From Phycisphaerae bacterium (GTDB lineage Bacteria > Planctomycetota > Phycisphaerae > UBA1845 > Fen-1342): a stretch of DNA of 64,000 nucleotides. Both the position numbers and the translations under genes were made by a program. The notes beneath the pieces are model-generated. The model ran no database searches. It saw only the letters and a program-made list of their open reading frames with translations, and had not been told where the DNA came from. Positions 31,645 to 41,020 of the stretch are shown one piece after another (the stretch's first letter is position 1; each line of letters begins with the position of its first letter). Location of the stretch: the NCBI GenBank assembly GCA_963675745.2, contig CAXXWX010000026.1:192001-256000 (forward strand), read 5' to 3'.

Positions 31645-32085
31645 TCAGCTGCCGTGGTTGACCTTCAGCATCCAGATTTCACTGCCCTCAGCACTGAAGG
31701 CCACCTTGGTCATATATGACTGCATCAACATCAGACCACGCCCGCTCGGACGCTCGAGATTTTCCTCGGCCGTCGGATCAGGGATTTCGTCGGGAACAAA
31801 CCCCCCACCCTCGTCGCGCACCATCACCACCGTTCGCTCGGCGTCAACGTAATAGCGAACCGTGATCCGCTTGCTCGGGTCATTGCGGTTACCGTGCTTG
31901 ACCGCGTTGGTCAGCGCTTCTTCGAGCGACAGCTTGATGGCGAATATCGTGTCCGCGTCGTAACCATGGCTGACCACGGCCGCCAGAATACGCTCCTCCG
32001 GCTCCTTCGCCCGCCGCAGGTCGTTGGGTACGACCACTTCGGTCAAAACCGCCTCGTCAACACCGAAGTCTTTGGGCAACACCAT
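31645..32085 (-). CDS. Anti-sigma factor / Ser-Thr kinase, RsbW-like (HATPase_c)
   Basis: LEEALTNAVKHGN, RDEGGGF, SGRGLMLM. Confidence 0.9.
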   Translation of the reverse strand: MVLPKDFGVDEAVLTEVVVPNDLRRAKEPEERILAAVVSHGYDADTIFAIKLSLEEALTNAVKHGNRNDPSKRITVRYYVDAERTVVMVRDEGGGFVPDEIPDPTAEENLERPSGRGLMLMQSYMTKVAFSAEGSEIWMLKVNHGS

Positions 32086-32136
32086 CGCTCGACCATGACG
32101 CGAAAGCCCGTGTGACCCTCAGCCCGCGCTGGTCGC

Positions 32137-32502
32137 TCAGGCTTCGCCGAATTCCGTCAGCGCCTGCGCCTGAGTGTCGTGGATGTCGAAGACGCGGTTC
32201 AAGCGCGTGATCTTGAAGACCTCGAAGATCTGGCGGTTGATGTCGGAAAGCCGCAGGGCCCCGCTCTGCTCTTTCACCTTCTTATTGAGGTTTATGAGCA
32301 TGCCGAGGGCGGCGCTTGAAAGGTGGTCGACGTTCTGGAAATTGAGCAGCATGCGAATGCCCGGCTCCGCCGCGACGATGCGCTGCAATTCGTCGCCGAT
32401 TTCCTGAATCGACAACTCCTCAAGGATCTTGCGGTCTGCGAATTCGACGAGCGCGACACCGCCTGTACGTTTCACTTTCAGGTGGGTTGACGGCTGATCC
32501 AT
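32137..32502 (-). CDS. STAS-domain anti-sigma factor antagonist
   Basis: LLNFQNVDHLSSAALGML, IFEVFKITRLN. Confidence 0.92.
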   Translation of the reverse strand: MDQPSTHLKVKRTGGVALVEFADRKILEELSIQEIGDELQRIVAAEPGIRMLLNFQNVDHLSSAALGMLINLNKKVKEQSGALRLSDINRQIFEVFKITRLNRVFDIHDTQAQALTEFGEA

Positions 32503-32587
32503 GGGTGGTGAGGCCTCCTGCTCGACGCCCAGGCCCTCGTCATCAAGGTGGCCTGCCGCACGGCGGTTCGGAACACAATAACACCGT

Positions 32588-32616
32588 ATTCTTTATCGCA
32601 TAGTGGCGGATGTCAA
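32588..32616 (-). promoter_or_regulatory. Putative sigma70 promoter of the STAS/anti-sigma operon
   Basis: Minus strand TTGACA-N17-AAGAAT. Confidence 0.45.
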
Positions 32617-32718
32617 CTCGGCTGGGAGCTTCGCGCGACGACTTCAGGCGGGACCCGCAGGCCCCCGGGTCGCGGTGGCGTGCCACAACGCTGACGGACT
32701 GCCCGGGAGGCTGCGATT

Positions 32719-33018
32719 GTGAACGCTCAATCCGCCCTCAGCCGATCCGGCGATCGCCAGGACGATAGCTCCAAAACGGCATTGGGCACGCCCCGCCAAA
32801 GACGGCCCCGGCCCGCTTTTTCGCACGACGGCTTTGGCACAATCATGACCACTTGGTACACTTTGGGGCTGATCGGGGGATGGTATGATACACGCGCCGT
32901 GCTGATCAGGCGCGGGCGGGTACTGCGCTCCGGCGGGTTGCCGCCGGGCGCTTGCGATTTGGCGGCAATCCGCAGACCCTGGTTCGGCCCATCCGCGTGT
33001 TTGGTGTGGCCCGGTTGA
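32719..33018 (+). CDS. Possible small hypothetical protein upstream of the bta genes
   Basis: Fills the intergenic gap and is co-oriented with the methyltransferase; no motif recognised. Confidence 0.25.
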   Translation: MNAQSALSRSGDRQDDSSKTALGTPRQRRPRPAFSHDGFGTIMTTWYTLGLIGGWYDTRAVLIRRGRVLRSGGLPPGACDLAAIRRPWFGPSACLVWPG

Positions 33019-33051
33019 ATCGTGGTCAATCAGCCACGGGAGATGTGAGCT

Positions 33052-33666
33052 TTGGAGCACACGGCGGTTCAGCGCTTTTACCGTTATCACGCATACATTT
33101 ATGATCTGACGCGCTGGACCATTCTGCACGGTCGCCGTCGGGCGGTCGAAAAGCTGTGCCTCCGGCCCGATGGAGACGTGCTCGAAATCGGCTGCGGCAC
33201 CGGCCTGAACTTCGATCACCTCCAGAACCGGCTCGATCCCGGCCGGGGACATCTTGTTGGACTCGACTTCTCACAGGATATGCTCATCCGCGCGCAGCGA
33301 CGCATCGACGCGCGGGGTTGGGGAAATGTGGAGCTGGTCCAGGCCGACGCCGCCCAGATGGACCTTGGCCGGCAGTTCGACGCCATACTGTTCGCCTACG
33401 CCCTGACGATGATCCCGGATTGGGAGGGAGCCCTGAAACGCGCCGCCCAACATGTCAAGCCGGGCGGCCGCGTGGTCGTGCTCGACTTCTGCACATTCGA
33501 TGGCTGGGGACCGCTGGCACCGGTCATGCGAACCTGGTTGCGGCTTAGCCACGTGTTGACCCGCCGCCCATACGTTGACGGCATGCGCAAGGTCTTCGGC
33601 GAGGTGCAGGTCGATCGCTGGCTTGGGGGTTATAACTTCACCGCTGTCGGACGGAGAGTCGACTGA
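33052..33666 (+). CDS. Class I SAM-dependent methyltransferase, BtaB-like
   Basis: YRYHAYIYDLTRW...GR, VLEIGCGTG, FAYALTMIPDW; stop/start overlap (TGATG) with the DUF3419 gene. Confidence 0.85.
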   Translation: MEHTAVQRFYRYHAYIYDLTRWTILHGRRRAVEKLCLRPDGDVLEIGCGTGLNFDHLQNRLDPGRGHLVGLDFSQDMLIRAQRRIDARGWGNVELVQADAAQMDLGRQFDAILFAYALTMIPDWEGALKRAAQHVKPGGRVVVLDFCTFDGWGPLAPVMRTWLRLSHVLTRRPYVDGMRKVFGEVQVDRWLGGYNFTAVGRRVD

Positions 33667-34928
33667 TGGTCTCTGTGATTGACATGCCGACCCCCAGCCC
33701 GCCGCGCAAAGGCCTCCTGAACCGTCTGGTGTTCCGCGGCGAATCGTCGTGGGATGCCCTGCTCGAGCGCGCCATCTTCAACGGCATCGTGTTCAACATG
33801 TCCTGGGAAGATCCGGAGATGGACCGCCGGGCGCTGCGCACCGGGCCCGGAGACACGGTGATCTCGATCAGCTCGGCGGGCTGCAATCCGCTGAACTTTC
33901 TGTGCCAGAGCCCCGATCGGCTGCTCACCATCGATGGCAACCCGGCACAGAACGCCGTTGTCGAGCTGAAACTGGCCGGCATCCAGGCTCTTGATCATGG
34001 GACCTTCTTCGATATCTTCGCCGCCCGCAATCCCGCGGTTGCCAGCAAGGTCTATCGACCGCGGCTCCGGCCGCTGCTGTCGCCGCGCTCGTGCGAATTC
34101 TGGGACAAGAAGCTGTGGATGGCTCATCGCGGGTTGTACGAATTCGGCAAGATGGGCATGGCCGCGCGCATCGTGCGGTTTCTGTTCCCGCTGCTCGGCA
34201 TCAGCCGGTACCACATCGATCGGTTCTTTGAATCGACAACACTCGCGGAGCAACGCGCCCGCTATGCCCGGCACGTCGCCCCGCACCTCTGGGGACCGGT
34301 GGTCGAGCGGCTCTGCAAATCACGCTGGTTCATGTACCTCTGTGGCGTCCATCCCCGCCAACTCGACCTGATCGACGAACGCCATGGGATTTATGAGTAC
34401 ATCAAAGAGCGCATCGAATACGCCCTCACCCAGGTGCCGATCCACGACAACTACTTTCTGAGTGTTACGGCGACGGGCCGATTTCGCGGCAACCATGTGC
34501 CGCCCTACCTGCTCGCCGAGAACTTCCCGATACTGCGCCGCAACCTCGATCGCGTCACCGTCATCAATGGCCTGCTCGGCCCGTATCTCGATACGCTGCC
34601 GGCGGGTTCGATCAACAAGTTCAACCTGCTCGACATATTCGACTGGATGACCCCGGAGCTGTTTGAGAGCACACTGAAAAGCGTGCTTCGCGCCGCGGCC
34701 CCCGGCGCGCGTCTGATCTATCGCTCGGGCAGCTACGAATTGCCCCCGCCGAAATCGATCCAGCGGCATCTCGTCGAACACGCCGAACTCTCGCGTGAGC
34801 TGCTGGCGATCGACCGCTCGGCGACATATGGCAGCTTCTACGTATTCTCCGTGAAAACCGACGGCTTCAACGGCCAGCGACAAACCACCCCCAGCACCGC
34901 AAACGCCGAGACCCCCGCGGCCGTCTAG
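33666..34928 (+). CDS. DUF3419 protein, BtaA-like SAM:diacylglycerol 3-amino-3-carboxypropyltransferase
   Basis: SWEDPEMD, ISSAGCN, IDGNPAQ...ELKLA, DNYF, PPYL, LLDIFDWM, DRSATYGSF. Confidence 0.88.
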   Translation: MVSVIDMPTPSPPRKGLLNRLVFRGESSWDALLERAIFNGIVFNMSWEDPEMDRRALRTGPGDTVISISSAGCNPLNFLCQSPDRLLTIDGNPAQNAVVELKLAGIQALDHGTFFDIFAARNPAVASKVYRPRLRPLLSPRSCEFWDKKLWMAHRGLYEFGKMGMAARIVRFLFPLLGISRYHIDRFFESTTLAEQRARYARHVAPHLWGPVVERLCKSRWFMYLCGVHPRQLDLIDERHGIYEYIKERIEYALTQVPIHDNYFLSVTATGRFRGNHVPPYLLAENFPILRRNLDRVTVINGLLGPYLDTLPAGSINKFNLLDIFDWMTPELFESTLKSVLRAAAPGARLIYRSGSYELPPPKSIQRHLVEHAELSRELLAIDRSATYGSFYVFSVKTDGFNGQRQTTPSTANAETPAAV

Positions 34929-34945
34929 GCAGCTTCAATCCAACT

Positions 34946-35046
34946 GTGGCGTCGGGCCTCTGCGCCCGACGAGGCCTGTAGCGCCCGACGAGGCCTGTAG
35001 CGCCCGACGAGGCCTGTAGCGGCCTGCGCCTCGCAGGCCGTCGGCG
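34946..35046. repeat. REP-like palindrome plus three tandem 19-bp repeats plus a second REP
   Basis: GCGCCCGACGAGGCCTGTA x3 (34962-35018); CGGCCTGCGCCTCGCAGGCCGTCGGCG recurs at ~43059-43086. Confidence 0.8.
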
Positions 35047-35073
35047 CGCGAGCGTGCATCCTACGGCCGGCCG

Positions 35074-37164
35074 CTACGCCGCATCGATAAATCGCAGCTT
35101 CTCCCCAAACACGCGCTTCAACGCGGCGAGCAGGCGGCGATGCTCCGGCCGCTGAAGTGCCGGGTCTTCCGCCACGATTCCAAAAGCATCCTGACGGGCC
35201 TGCTCGACAATCGCGAAATCCTCGACCAGGTTCGCCACACGCAATTCAGGCAACCCGTGTTGGCGCGCGCCGAGCATTTCGCCGGGACCGCGCTGGCGCA
35301 GATCAGCTTCTGCGACGCGAAACCCGTCGGTCGTGTCAACCAGCACTTTCAGACGCTCGTCAGCGCGCTTGCCGTCGCCATACGCGATCAGGATGCACTC
35401 GCTATCCGCTTGGCCGCGTCCCACGCGCCCGCGCAGTTGGTGCAGTTGCGAGAGCCCGAAGCGGTCGGCGTGCTCGACAACCATGATCGTCGCGTTGGGA
35501 ACATCGATGCCAACCTCGACGACCGTGGTGGCGATGACCGCGCTGAGTCGCCCGTCGGCAAACGCGCCGGTCACGGCCTGCTTTTCTTCCGATGACATGG
35601 CACCGTGCAGCAACCCAAGTTCGAGACCACGCCAGGGGCCGGAGACCAGCCGCTGATACTCCGCGTTCACGGACGTGAGCTGGCGCGACTGGTCACCAAC
35701 CGCGTCGGTAGCCTCTGCTCCGATGGCCGGACAGACGACGAACGCCTGTTCACCCGCCACGAGCCGCCGGCGCAAATCGGTCATCACCGCGAGCCAATCG
35801 CGTTCACCCGCGACGCGTGTCCTGATCTTGCCGCGCCCGGGCGGCGCGCTGTCAATGACGGAAACGTCCAGATCGCCGAATACGGTCATGGCCAGCGTAC
35901 GTGGTATCGGCGTGGCGGTCATGACCAGGTAATGCGGCATTACCCCCTTGGTCCGCGCATCCGCGCGCTGGGCGACACCGAACTTGTGCTGTTCGTCGAT
36001 GACAACCAACCCCAGGTCGTTAAAGGCCACGTCCGGCTGAAGGAGCGCGTGCGTTCCGACCACCAGCTCGACCGCGCCGGACGCCAGCGCCTGCAGCGCG
36101 CTTTCCCGATCCTGCCTGCCAAGTCCGCCACGCAGCAACAACCGGCGCACACGACTGCCGGCCAGGTAGCGCTCGATATTGGCGAAGTGCTGCTGTGCCA
36201 GGACTTCAGTCGGAGCCATTATCGCCGCCTGATGTCCATTCGCGATCGCCATCAGGCACGCGTACAGCGCGACGACGGTCTTACCGCTCCCGACGTCGCC
36301 TTGCAGGAGCCGGCCCATCGGACGCCCGCTCATCAGGTCACGGGCAATCTCGCGCAAAGCACGATCCTGCGCCTCCGTCAGCGCAAAGGGAAAACGGGCC
36401 CGGATACGTTGGTCTATTTCCGGCGTCAGGGCCAGCTTGTGGCCACGGTGACGACCGAGCAGGTGCTGCCGGCGGAGCGCGACCGCCAACTCCATCAACA
36501 GCAGCTCCTCGTAGGCCAGGCGCGCGTGGGCACGGGCATGCGCCTCCACGCTGCCGGGCAGATGCACCTCGCGCAGGGCATCCGCACGCGTGGGCAGGCT
36601 GCGCTTGATGCGCAATGCCGACGGCAGCACTTCCGCTACCGGCAACCGCGGTTGTTCGAGCAGGGTCAGCACGGCCTTGCGGATGACCGCAGACGTCAGC
36701 CGTTCGGTGCCCCGATATACACCAATCTGCTTTGGCCCGCTCTGTGTCGGCGGCAAGTCCTTGTCGGACGCAAAGACCTGCACGCGCGGGTGGACGATTT
36801 CCAGCCGATCGCGATACTCCTGTGCCTTGCCCGTTGCGACCACAAACGCGCCGACGTAGATTCCCTGCCCACGGTAGCGCTGGTTAAACCAGCGCAACCA
36901 GCACATCCCGGTTCCATCGGTGACCTCGGCGGAGAACGTCGGCCAGCGGCCGCGCACGCGGCGAACCTCGCCACGAATTGTGGCGACCATGTCTGGCGCG
37001 AGATCAGCAATCTCAATCTCCCCCTGCTCGGATTCATAGCGAAACGGAAGGTGTTCAAGCAGATCGCCGACCGTGTGCAGGTTCACTTGCGCAAACCAGC
37101 CCGCGCGCGCCGGCCCAACGCCGCGAAGATACTGGATCGGACTGTCGGCTTCGAGCTCTCTCAT
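35074..37164 (-). CDS. recG: ATP-dependent DNA helicase RecG
   Basis: LRGVGP, RLAYEE, LQGDVGSGKT, DEQHKFG, MTATPIPRT, LSQLHQLRGRVGRG, DLRQRGPGE. Confidence 0.96.
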   Translation of the reverse strand: MRELEADSPIQYLRGVGPARAGWFAQVNLHTVGDLLEHLPFRYESEQGEIEIADLAPDMVATIRGEVRRVRGRWPTFSAEVTDGTGMCWLRWFNQRYRGQGIYVGAFVVATGKAQEYRDRLEIVHPRVQVFASDKDLPPTQSGPKQIGVYRGTERLTSAVIRKAVLTLLEQPRLPVAEVLPSALRIKRSLPTRADALREVHLPGSVEAHARAHARLAYEELLLMELAVALRRQHLLGRHRGHKLALTPEIDQRIRARFPFALTEAQDRALREIARDLMSGRPMGRLLQGDVGSGKTVVALYACLMAIANGHQAAIMAPTEVLAQQHFANIERYLAGSRVRRLLLRGGLGRQDRESALQALASGAVELVVGTHALLQPDVAFNDLGLVVIDEQHKFGVAQRADARTKGVMPHYLVMTATPIPRTLAMTVFGDLDVSVIDSAPPGRGKIRTRVAGERDWLAVMTDLRRRLVAGEQAFVVCPAIGAEATDAVGDQSRQLTSVNAEYQRLVSGPWRGLELGLLHGAMSSEEKQAVTGAFADGRLSAVIATTVVEVGIDVPNATIMVVEHADRFGLSQLHQLRGRVGRGQADSECILIAYGDGKRADERLKVLVDTTDGFRVAEADLRQRGPGEMLGARQHGLPELRVANLVEDFAIVEQARQDAFGIVAEDPALQRPEHRRLLAALKRVFGEKLRFIDAA

Positions 37165-37300
37165 CTGATGCGACACTCTCGAGCCGTCGCCACCGGCGCC
37201 CACAGAGCGGCGTAACGCTGACGCGCGTCAAGAGGCAGATGCCAGAGTCCAGTTCTCAGGAAAGGGCCACAGCCAAACCGGCCGGCACCCGCCGCCCCCC

Positions 37301-37328
37301 GTTCCTGTTCCCTGTTCCCTGTTCCCTG
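37301..37328. repeat. Heptamer tandem repeat (GTTCCCT)n
   Basis: gttcct-gttccct x3; related arrays at 40941-41020 and 44763-44794. Confidence 0.7.
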
Positions 37329-37382
37329 CCTCTCCTGAACTCCGACCTTCGCTGTAGCGCCCAGACGTCACCGGGCACGGCG

Positions 37383-37829
37383 TCACGGAACAATCAGCTT
37401 CATGCCGATGGAGAGCTTGTCCGGGTTGCTCAACCGACCTCGATTGGCTTCGTAAATGTCGCGCCACCTCGATTGGTCGCCGTAGTATTCGCGCGCGAGC
37501 CCGTACAGCGAGTCACCTTTGCGAACGACATGGGTTCGAGCGACGTTGACGTGCTCGGTGGGTCGCAGCACCTCGTCGTGGGATGTGTCGACGGTAACGC
37601 GCTCACGCGGCGCCGGCTGGGGCGGCACCGTGTACACCGGCTCGGGAGCCGGTTCCGGGGCGCGTTGTTCAGCCACATATTCCGGGGGCGCTTCGCGCTC
37701 GGCGGCTTCCATAGCTTCCAGCGGAACGAACGGTTCAGCCTGGCGTGCCTCATACTTCTCGTTAGGGTTCTGGCAGCCCGGCATCACGCAAATCGCCAAG
37801 CCCAGCATGATCGGCACATATCGGCGCAT
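37383..37829 (-). CDS. LysM-domain lipoprotein
   Basis: Lipobox-like MPGC; HVVRKGDSLYGLAREYYG...IYEAN...LSIGMKLIVP. Confidence 0.9.
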   Translation of the reverse strand: MRRYVPIMLGLAICVMPGCQNPNEKYEARQAEPFVPLEAMEAAEREAPPEYVAEQRAPEPAPEPVYTVPPQPAPRERVTVDTSHDEVLRPTEHVNVARTHVVRKGDSLYGLAREYYGDQSRWRDIYEANRGRLSNPDKLSIGMKLIVP

Positions 37830-38180
37830 TTCATCACTCCTGTCCGCGGCCCCGCGAGTCTCACCGTGATCGTCCTATCAAACCCGAACCGCCGCCGATT
37901 GTAAAGCCGGGCGAATACCCGCGAGTTCGCGGCGCCGGCTGAGATCGACCTACACACTGCAAGCGCCATGTCGCCCGGTGTTCAGACCGGCTCATCTCGC
38001 GCCGAAGCCGCACGGGCACGCCGCCGTAGTTACGGCCGCAGGGGCCACACGCAAAGCGACAAAAGCTTACATCGGGCACATCGCATCGCGACGTGCGGCG
38101 CAATAGAATCGCCAAGAGGAAACCTTGCGCGGGTTTCACACGTACACGTCGAATTCGCGACCCAGACTGGAGGATAGCGG

Positions 38181-40925
38181 ATGCGCAGAAGTACACTGAT
38201 CTGGATTGTCACCCCCCTGACTGCCGTCGTCGGGCTCACCCTGGCGACCGCATGGGCGGCCCCCCCCGGCGACGCGGTCGCCGCCCCCGGTGCCCCACAT
38301 GCGGGCAAGGACGTCAAGGCCGACAAGGAGCCACCCAAGCGCTTCAAAGATGTCGGCGATGTCACCGAAGATATGGAGTCGATCGACGGGCTGTTCACCC
38401 TCTACCGCTACAAGCGTTCGGACAAAAACCGCGATCCCGAGGCCCTGCTCGCCAAGATCCCCGCCAAGCTGCTCGACGAGGATCTCCTGTTTGCCACCAG
38501 CCTCTCCAGTGGCGGCCCGTACACGGGCTACATGTGGAATGACTACCTGATCCGCTGGGAGGTTGTCGGCAAGTACCTCAAGCTGGTCACCCCCGATGTG
38601 CGCTACGTGCAGGATCAGGATGAACCGATCAGCGACGTTATCAAACGCACTCATACGCCACGCTATATCGCCGCGGTCCCCATCGAAGCCATGACTTCCG
38701 GCGGTGACGTCGTAATCGACCTGAACGCGCTGCTGAAGAGCAACATCGCCGACGTGTCCTTCCTGGGCGGCAATGTGCGTTCCGATCTGTCAACGTGGTC
38801 AAAGGTGAAGAACTTCCCCGACAACATTCTCCTGGAGGCACAGCTCGCCCTCCAGCACGGCAGCGGCGGGTCCACTGTCGGCGTGTCATATGCCTTCCGC
38901 CGACTGCCCAAGCTCGGCAGTTTCAAGCCGCGCACGGCGGATTCGCGCGTGGGTTATTTCCTGACGGCGCGCATGGACTGGAGCAAACCGACCAACGAAC
39001 GCGACACATTTGATCGCTACATCAACCGCTGGAAGCTGGAGAAGCGTGACGCCGAGCTCGAGCTTTCACCGCCCAAAGAGCCGATCGTCTTCATCATCGA
39101 GGACACGGTGCCGGTCAAGTGGCGCCGCTGGGTCCGCGAGGGCATCGAGGATTGGAACAGGGCGTTTGAGAAGATCGGCTTCGACCAGGCGATCGTTGTC
39201 CACCAGCAGACCAAGGACAACGAATACAGCAACTACGACCCCGAGGACGCCCGCTACAACTTCTTCCGCTGGATCGTCTCGGGCCGCGCTTTTGCGATGG
39301 GGCCGTCACGGGTCGATCCCCGCACCGGCCAGGTGCTGGATGCCGACATCATCTTCGATGACTCGATGGTCCGCGGTTGGATGCAGGATTTCGACATGTT
39401 TGCGCCGTCGGCGATGACCGCCTTCTACGGCCCCGGCTTTGCCGACTGGCTCGATGAGCAAGCCGACGTCGTCCCCGATTTTCTGAAAAGCGCCATCGAG
39501 CACGAGCGCGCCACCGCCCCGCCCGACCAGCTACTCTGGGATCGCGTCAATGCGCACATGCACGAACAGGGCCGCTGCACCTGCGGGTTTGCTGCGGGGA
39601 TGATGCAGCAGGTCGCCTTCGGGCGGCAGGCGCTGATCGCCACCGGCCTCGGAGACAAGAAGATCCCCGAGCGGTTCATCGGTGAGGTCATCAAGCACAT
39701 CGTCACCCACGAAGTCGGCCACACGCTCGGCCTGCGCCACAATTTCAAGGGCTCGAGTTGGCTGTCGCTGGAAGAAATTCGACGACGACGCCTCGAAACC
39801 GATGAGCCCACGACGGCGTCGGTAATGGACTACACGCCGGTGATGTTCTTCGCCGATGACGAGATGGAGAAAGTGCGGCACTTTACCTCACCCCAGCTCG
39901 GCCCGTACGACCACTGGGCGATTGAGTATGGCTACGCGGTGGCCAAGGGCGGCAAGGATGACGAGCTGCTCAAGGAAATCACGAGCCGCTGCGCCGAGCG
40001 CGCGTTGCAATACAACACCGACGAGGACACCTCGTGGGTCTACTCGCCCGACCCGCTCACCAACCGCTGGGATCACAGCGCCGACCCGATGGACTGGGCG
40101 CGCAGCCGGGTCGAACTGGCTGACAAGCTGCTGGCCAATATCGAGGAGTGGGCTCTCCAGGACGGTGAACCCTACCACCATCTAACGCGCGCCTTCATCG
40201 TGCTGGCCTGGGAGCGTTCGAGCTACTTCCAATATGTCGGACGCCTGATCGGCGGCCAGTATTTCCACCGCTACGTCAAGGGCGACCCCGACGCCCAGCC
40301 ACCCCTCGTGCTTGTCGATCCGCAGTTGCAGCGCGACGCGTTGAACTACCTGGGCGAGACGATATTCAACGAGGCGTTTTTCGACTTTGACCCTGATCTG
40401 CTCAACAAGTTGCCGACTTCACGCTGGCAGCACTGGGGCAACCGCGTCGAGTCGCGCATCGACTTTCCGATTCACGATCGGCTGCGCTGGATGCAGCTTT
40501 TCGCACTGCTGAACATCACCGCCCCACCGGTCTTGCAGCGTATCTACGATGCGGAGCTGAAGTCGGACGCGGATGACAAGTTCACGACGGTGGAGTTGCT
40601 CCAGACCTTACGTGATCAGATCTGGGTACAGCTCGACAAGGTCAAGGGGCCGTACACGGACGCGCAGCCGTTCCTGAGTTCGATCGCGCGCAACCTGCAA
40701 CGCGAGCATCTAAACATCATGCTTTTGCAGGCGCAGGCGCGGCCGCACACCACGATGTCGGCGGATATCCAGTCATTGATCCGCTATTCGTTGTTCGAGT
40801 TGAGTGAAAGAATCGGCGCTGTGCTCGACGGCAACACGAAGATTGACTTTGCTTCGCGGGCCCACCTCGTGGAGTGCAAGTCACGCATCGACCGCACGCT
40901 GGAAGCAAAATTCGACGCGCGGTAG
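38181..40925 (+). CDS. Secreted zinc-dependent metalloprotease (DUF5117/DUF4953-type)
   Basis: ADSRVGYF, GIEDWNRAFEKIGF, DPRTGQVLDADI, HEVGHTLGLRHNF, SVMDY, GPYDHWAIEYGY. Confidence 0.9.
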   Translation: MRRSTLIWIVTPLTAVVGLTLATAWAAPPGDAVAAPGAPHAGKDVKADKEPPKRFKDVGDVTEDMESIDGLFTLYRYKRSDKNRDPEALLAKIPAKLLDEDLLFATSLSSGGPYTGYMWNDYLIRWEVVGKYLKLVTPDVRYVQDQDEPISDVIKRTHTPRYIAAVPIEAMTSGGDVVIDLNALLKSNIADVSFLGGNVRSDLSTWSKVKNFPDNILLEAQLALQHGSGGSTVGVSYAFRRLPKLGSFKPRTADSRVGYFLTARMDWSKPTNERDTFDRYINRWKLEKRDAELELSPPKEPIVFIIEDTVPVKWRRWVREGIEDWNRAFEKIGFDQAIVVHQQTKDNEYSNYDPEDARYNFFRWIVSGRAFAMGPSRVDPRTGQVLDADIIFDDSMVRGWMQDFDMFAPSAMTAFYGPGFADWLDEQADVVPDFLKSAIEHERATAPPDQLLWDRVNAHMHEQGRCTCGFAAGMMQQVAFGRQALIATGLGDKKIPERFIGEVIKHIVTHEVGHTLGLRHNFKGSSWLSLEEIRRRRLETDEPTTASVMDYTPVMFFADDEMEKVRHFTSPQLGPYDHWAIEYGYAVAKGGKDDELLKEITSRCAERALQYNTDEDTSWVYSPDPLTNRWDHSADPMDWARSRVELADKLLANIEEWALQDGEPYHHLTRAFIVLAWERSSYFQYVGRLIGGQYFHRYVKGDPDAQPPLVLVDPQLQRDALNYLGETIFNEAFFDFDPDLLNKLPTSRWQHWGNRVESRIDFPIHDRLRWMQLFALLNITAPPVLQRIYDAELKSDADDKFTTVELLQTLRDQIWVQLDKVKGPYTDAQPFLSSIARNLQREHLNIMLLQAQARPHTTMSADIQSLIRYSLFELSERIGAVLDGNTKIDFASRAHLVECKSRIDRTLEAKFDAR

Positions 40926-40940
40926 CAGTGGTGTGATGCA

Positions 40941-41020
40941 GGGATTAAGGGAATGAGGGAATGAGGGATTAAGGCCAGTACTGGCCATCCCTCTGTTCCC
41001 CGTTCCCCGTTCCCTCAATC
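40941..41020. repeat. Heptamer-based imperfect hairpin between convergent genes
   Basis: GGGAATG-type repeats, central palindrome GGCCAGTACTGGCC, then TTCCCCG-type repeats. Confidence 0.6.

Noticed and set aside
32640..33050. Pho box upstream of the bta-like genes
   Set aside because: No CTGTCAT-type 11-bp direct repeats were identified by eye
34962..35018. Tandem repeats as a possible CRISPR array (also 50168-50257)
   Set aside because: No unique spacers of CRISPR size and no cas genes
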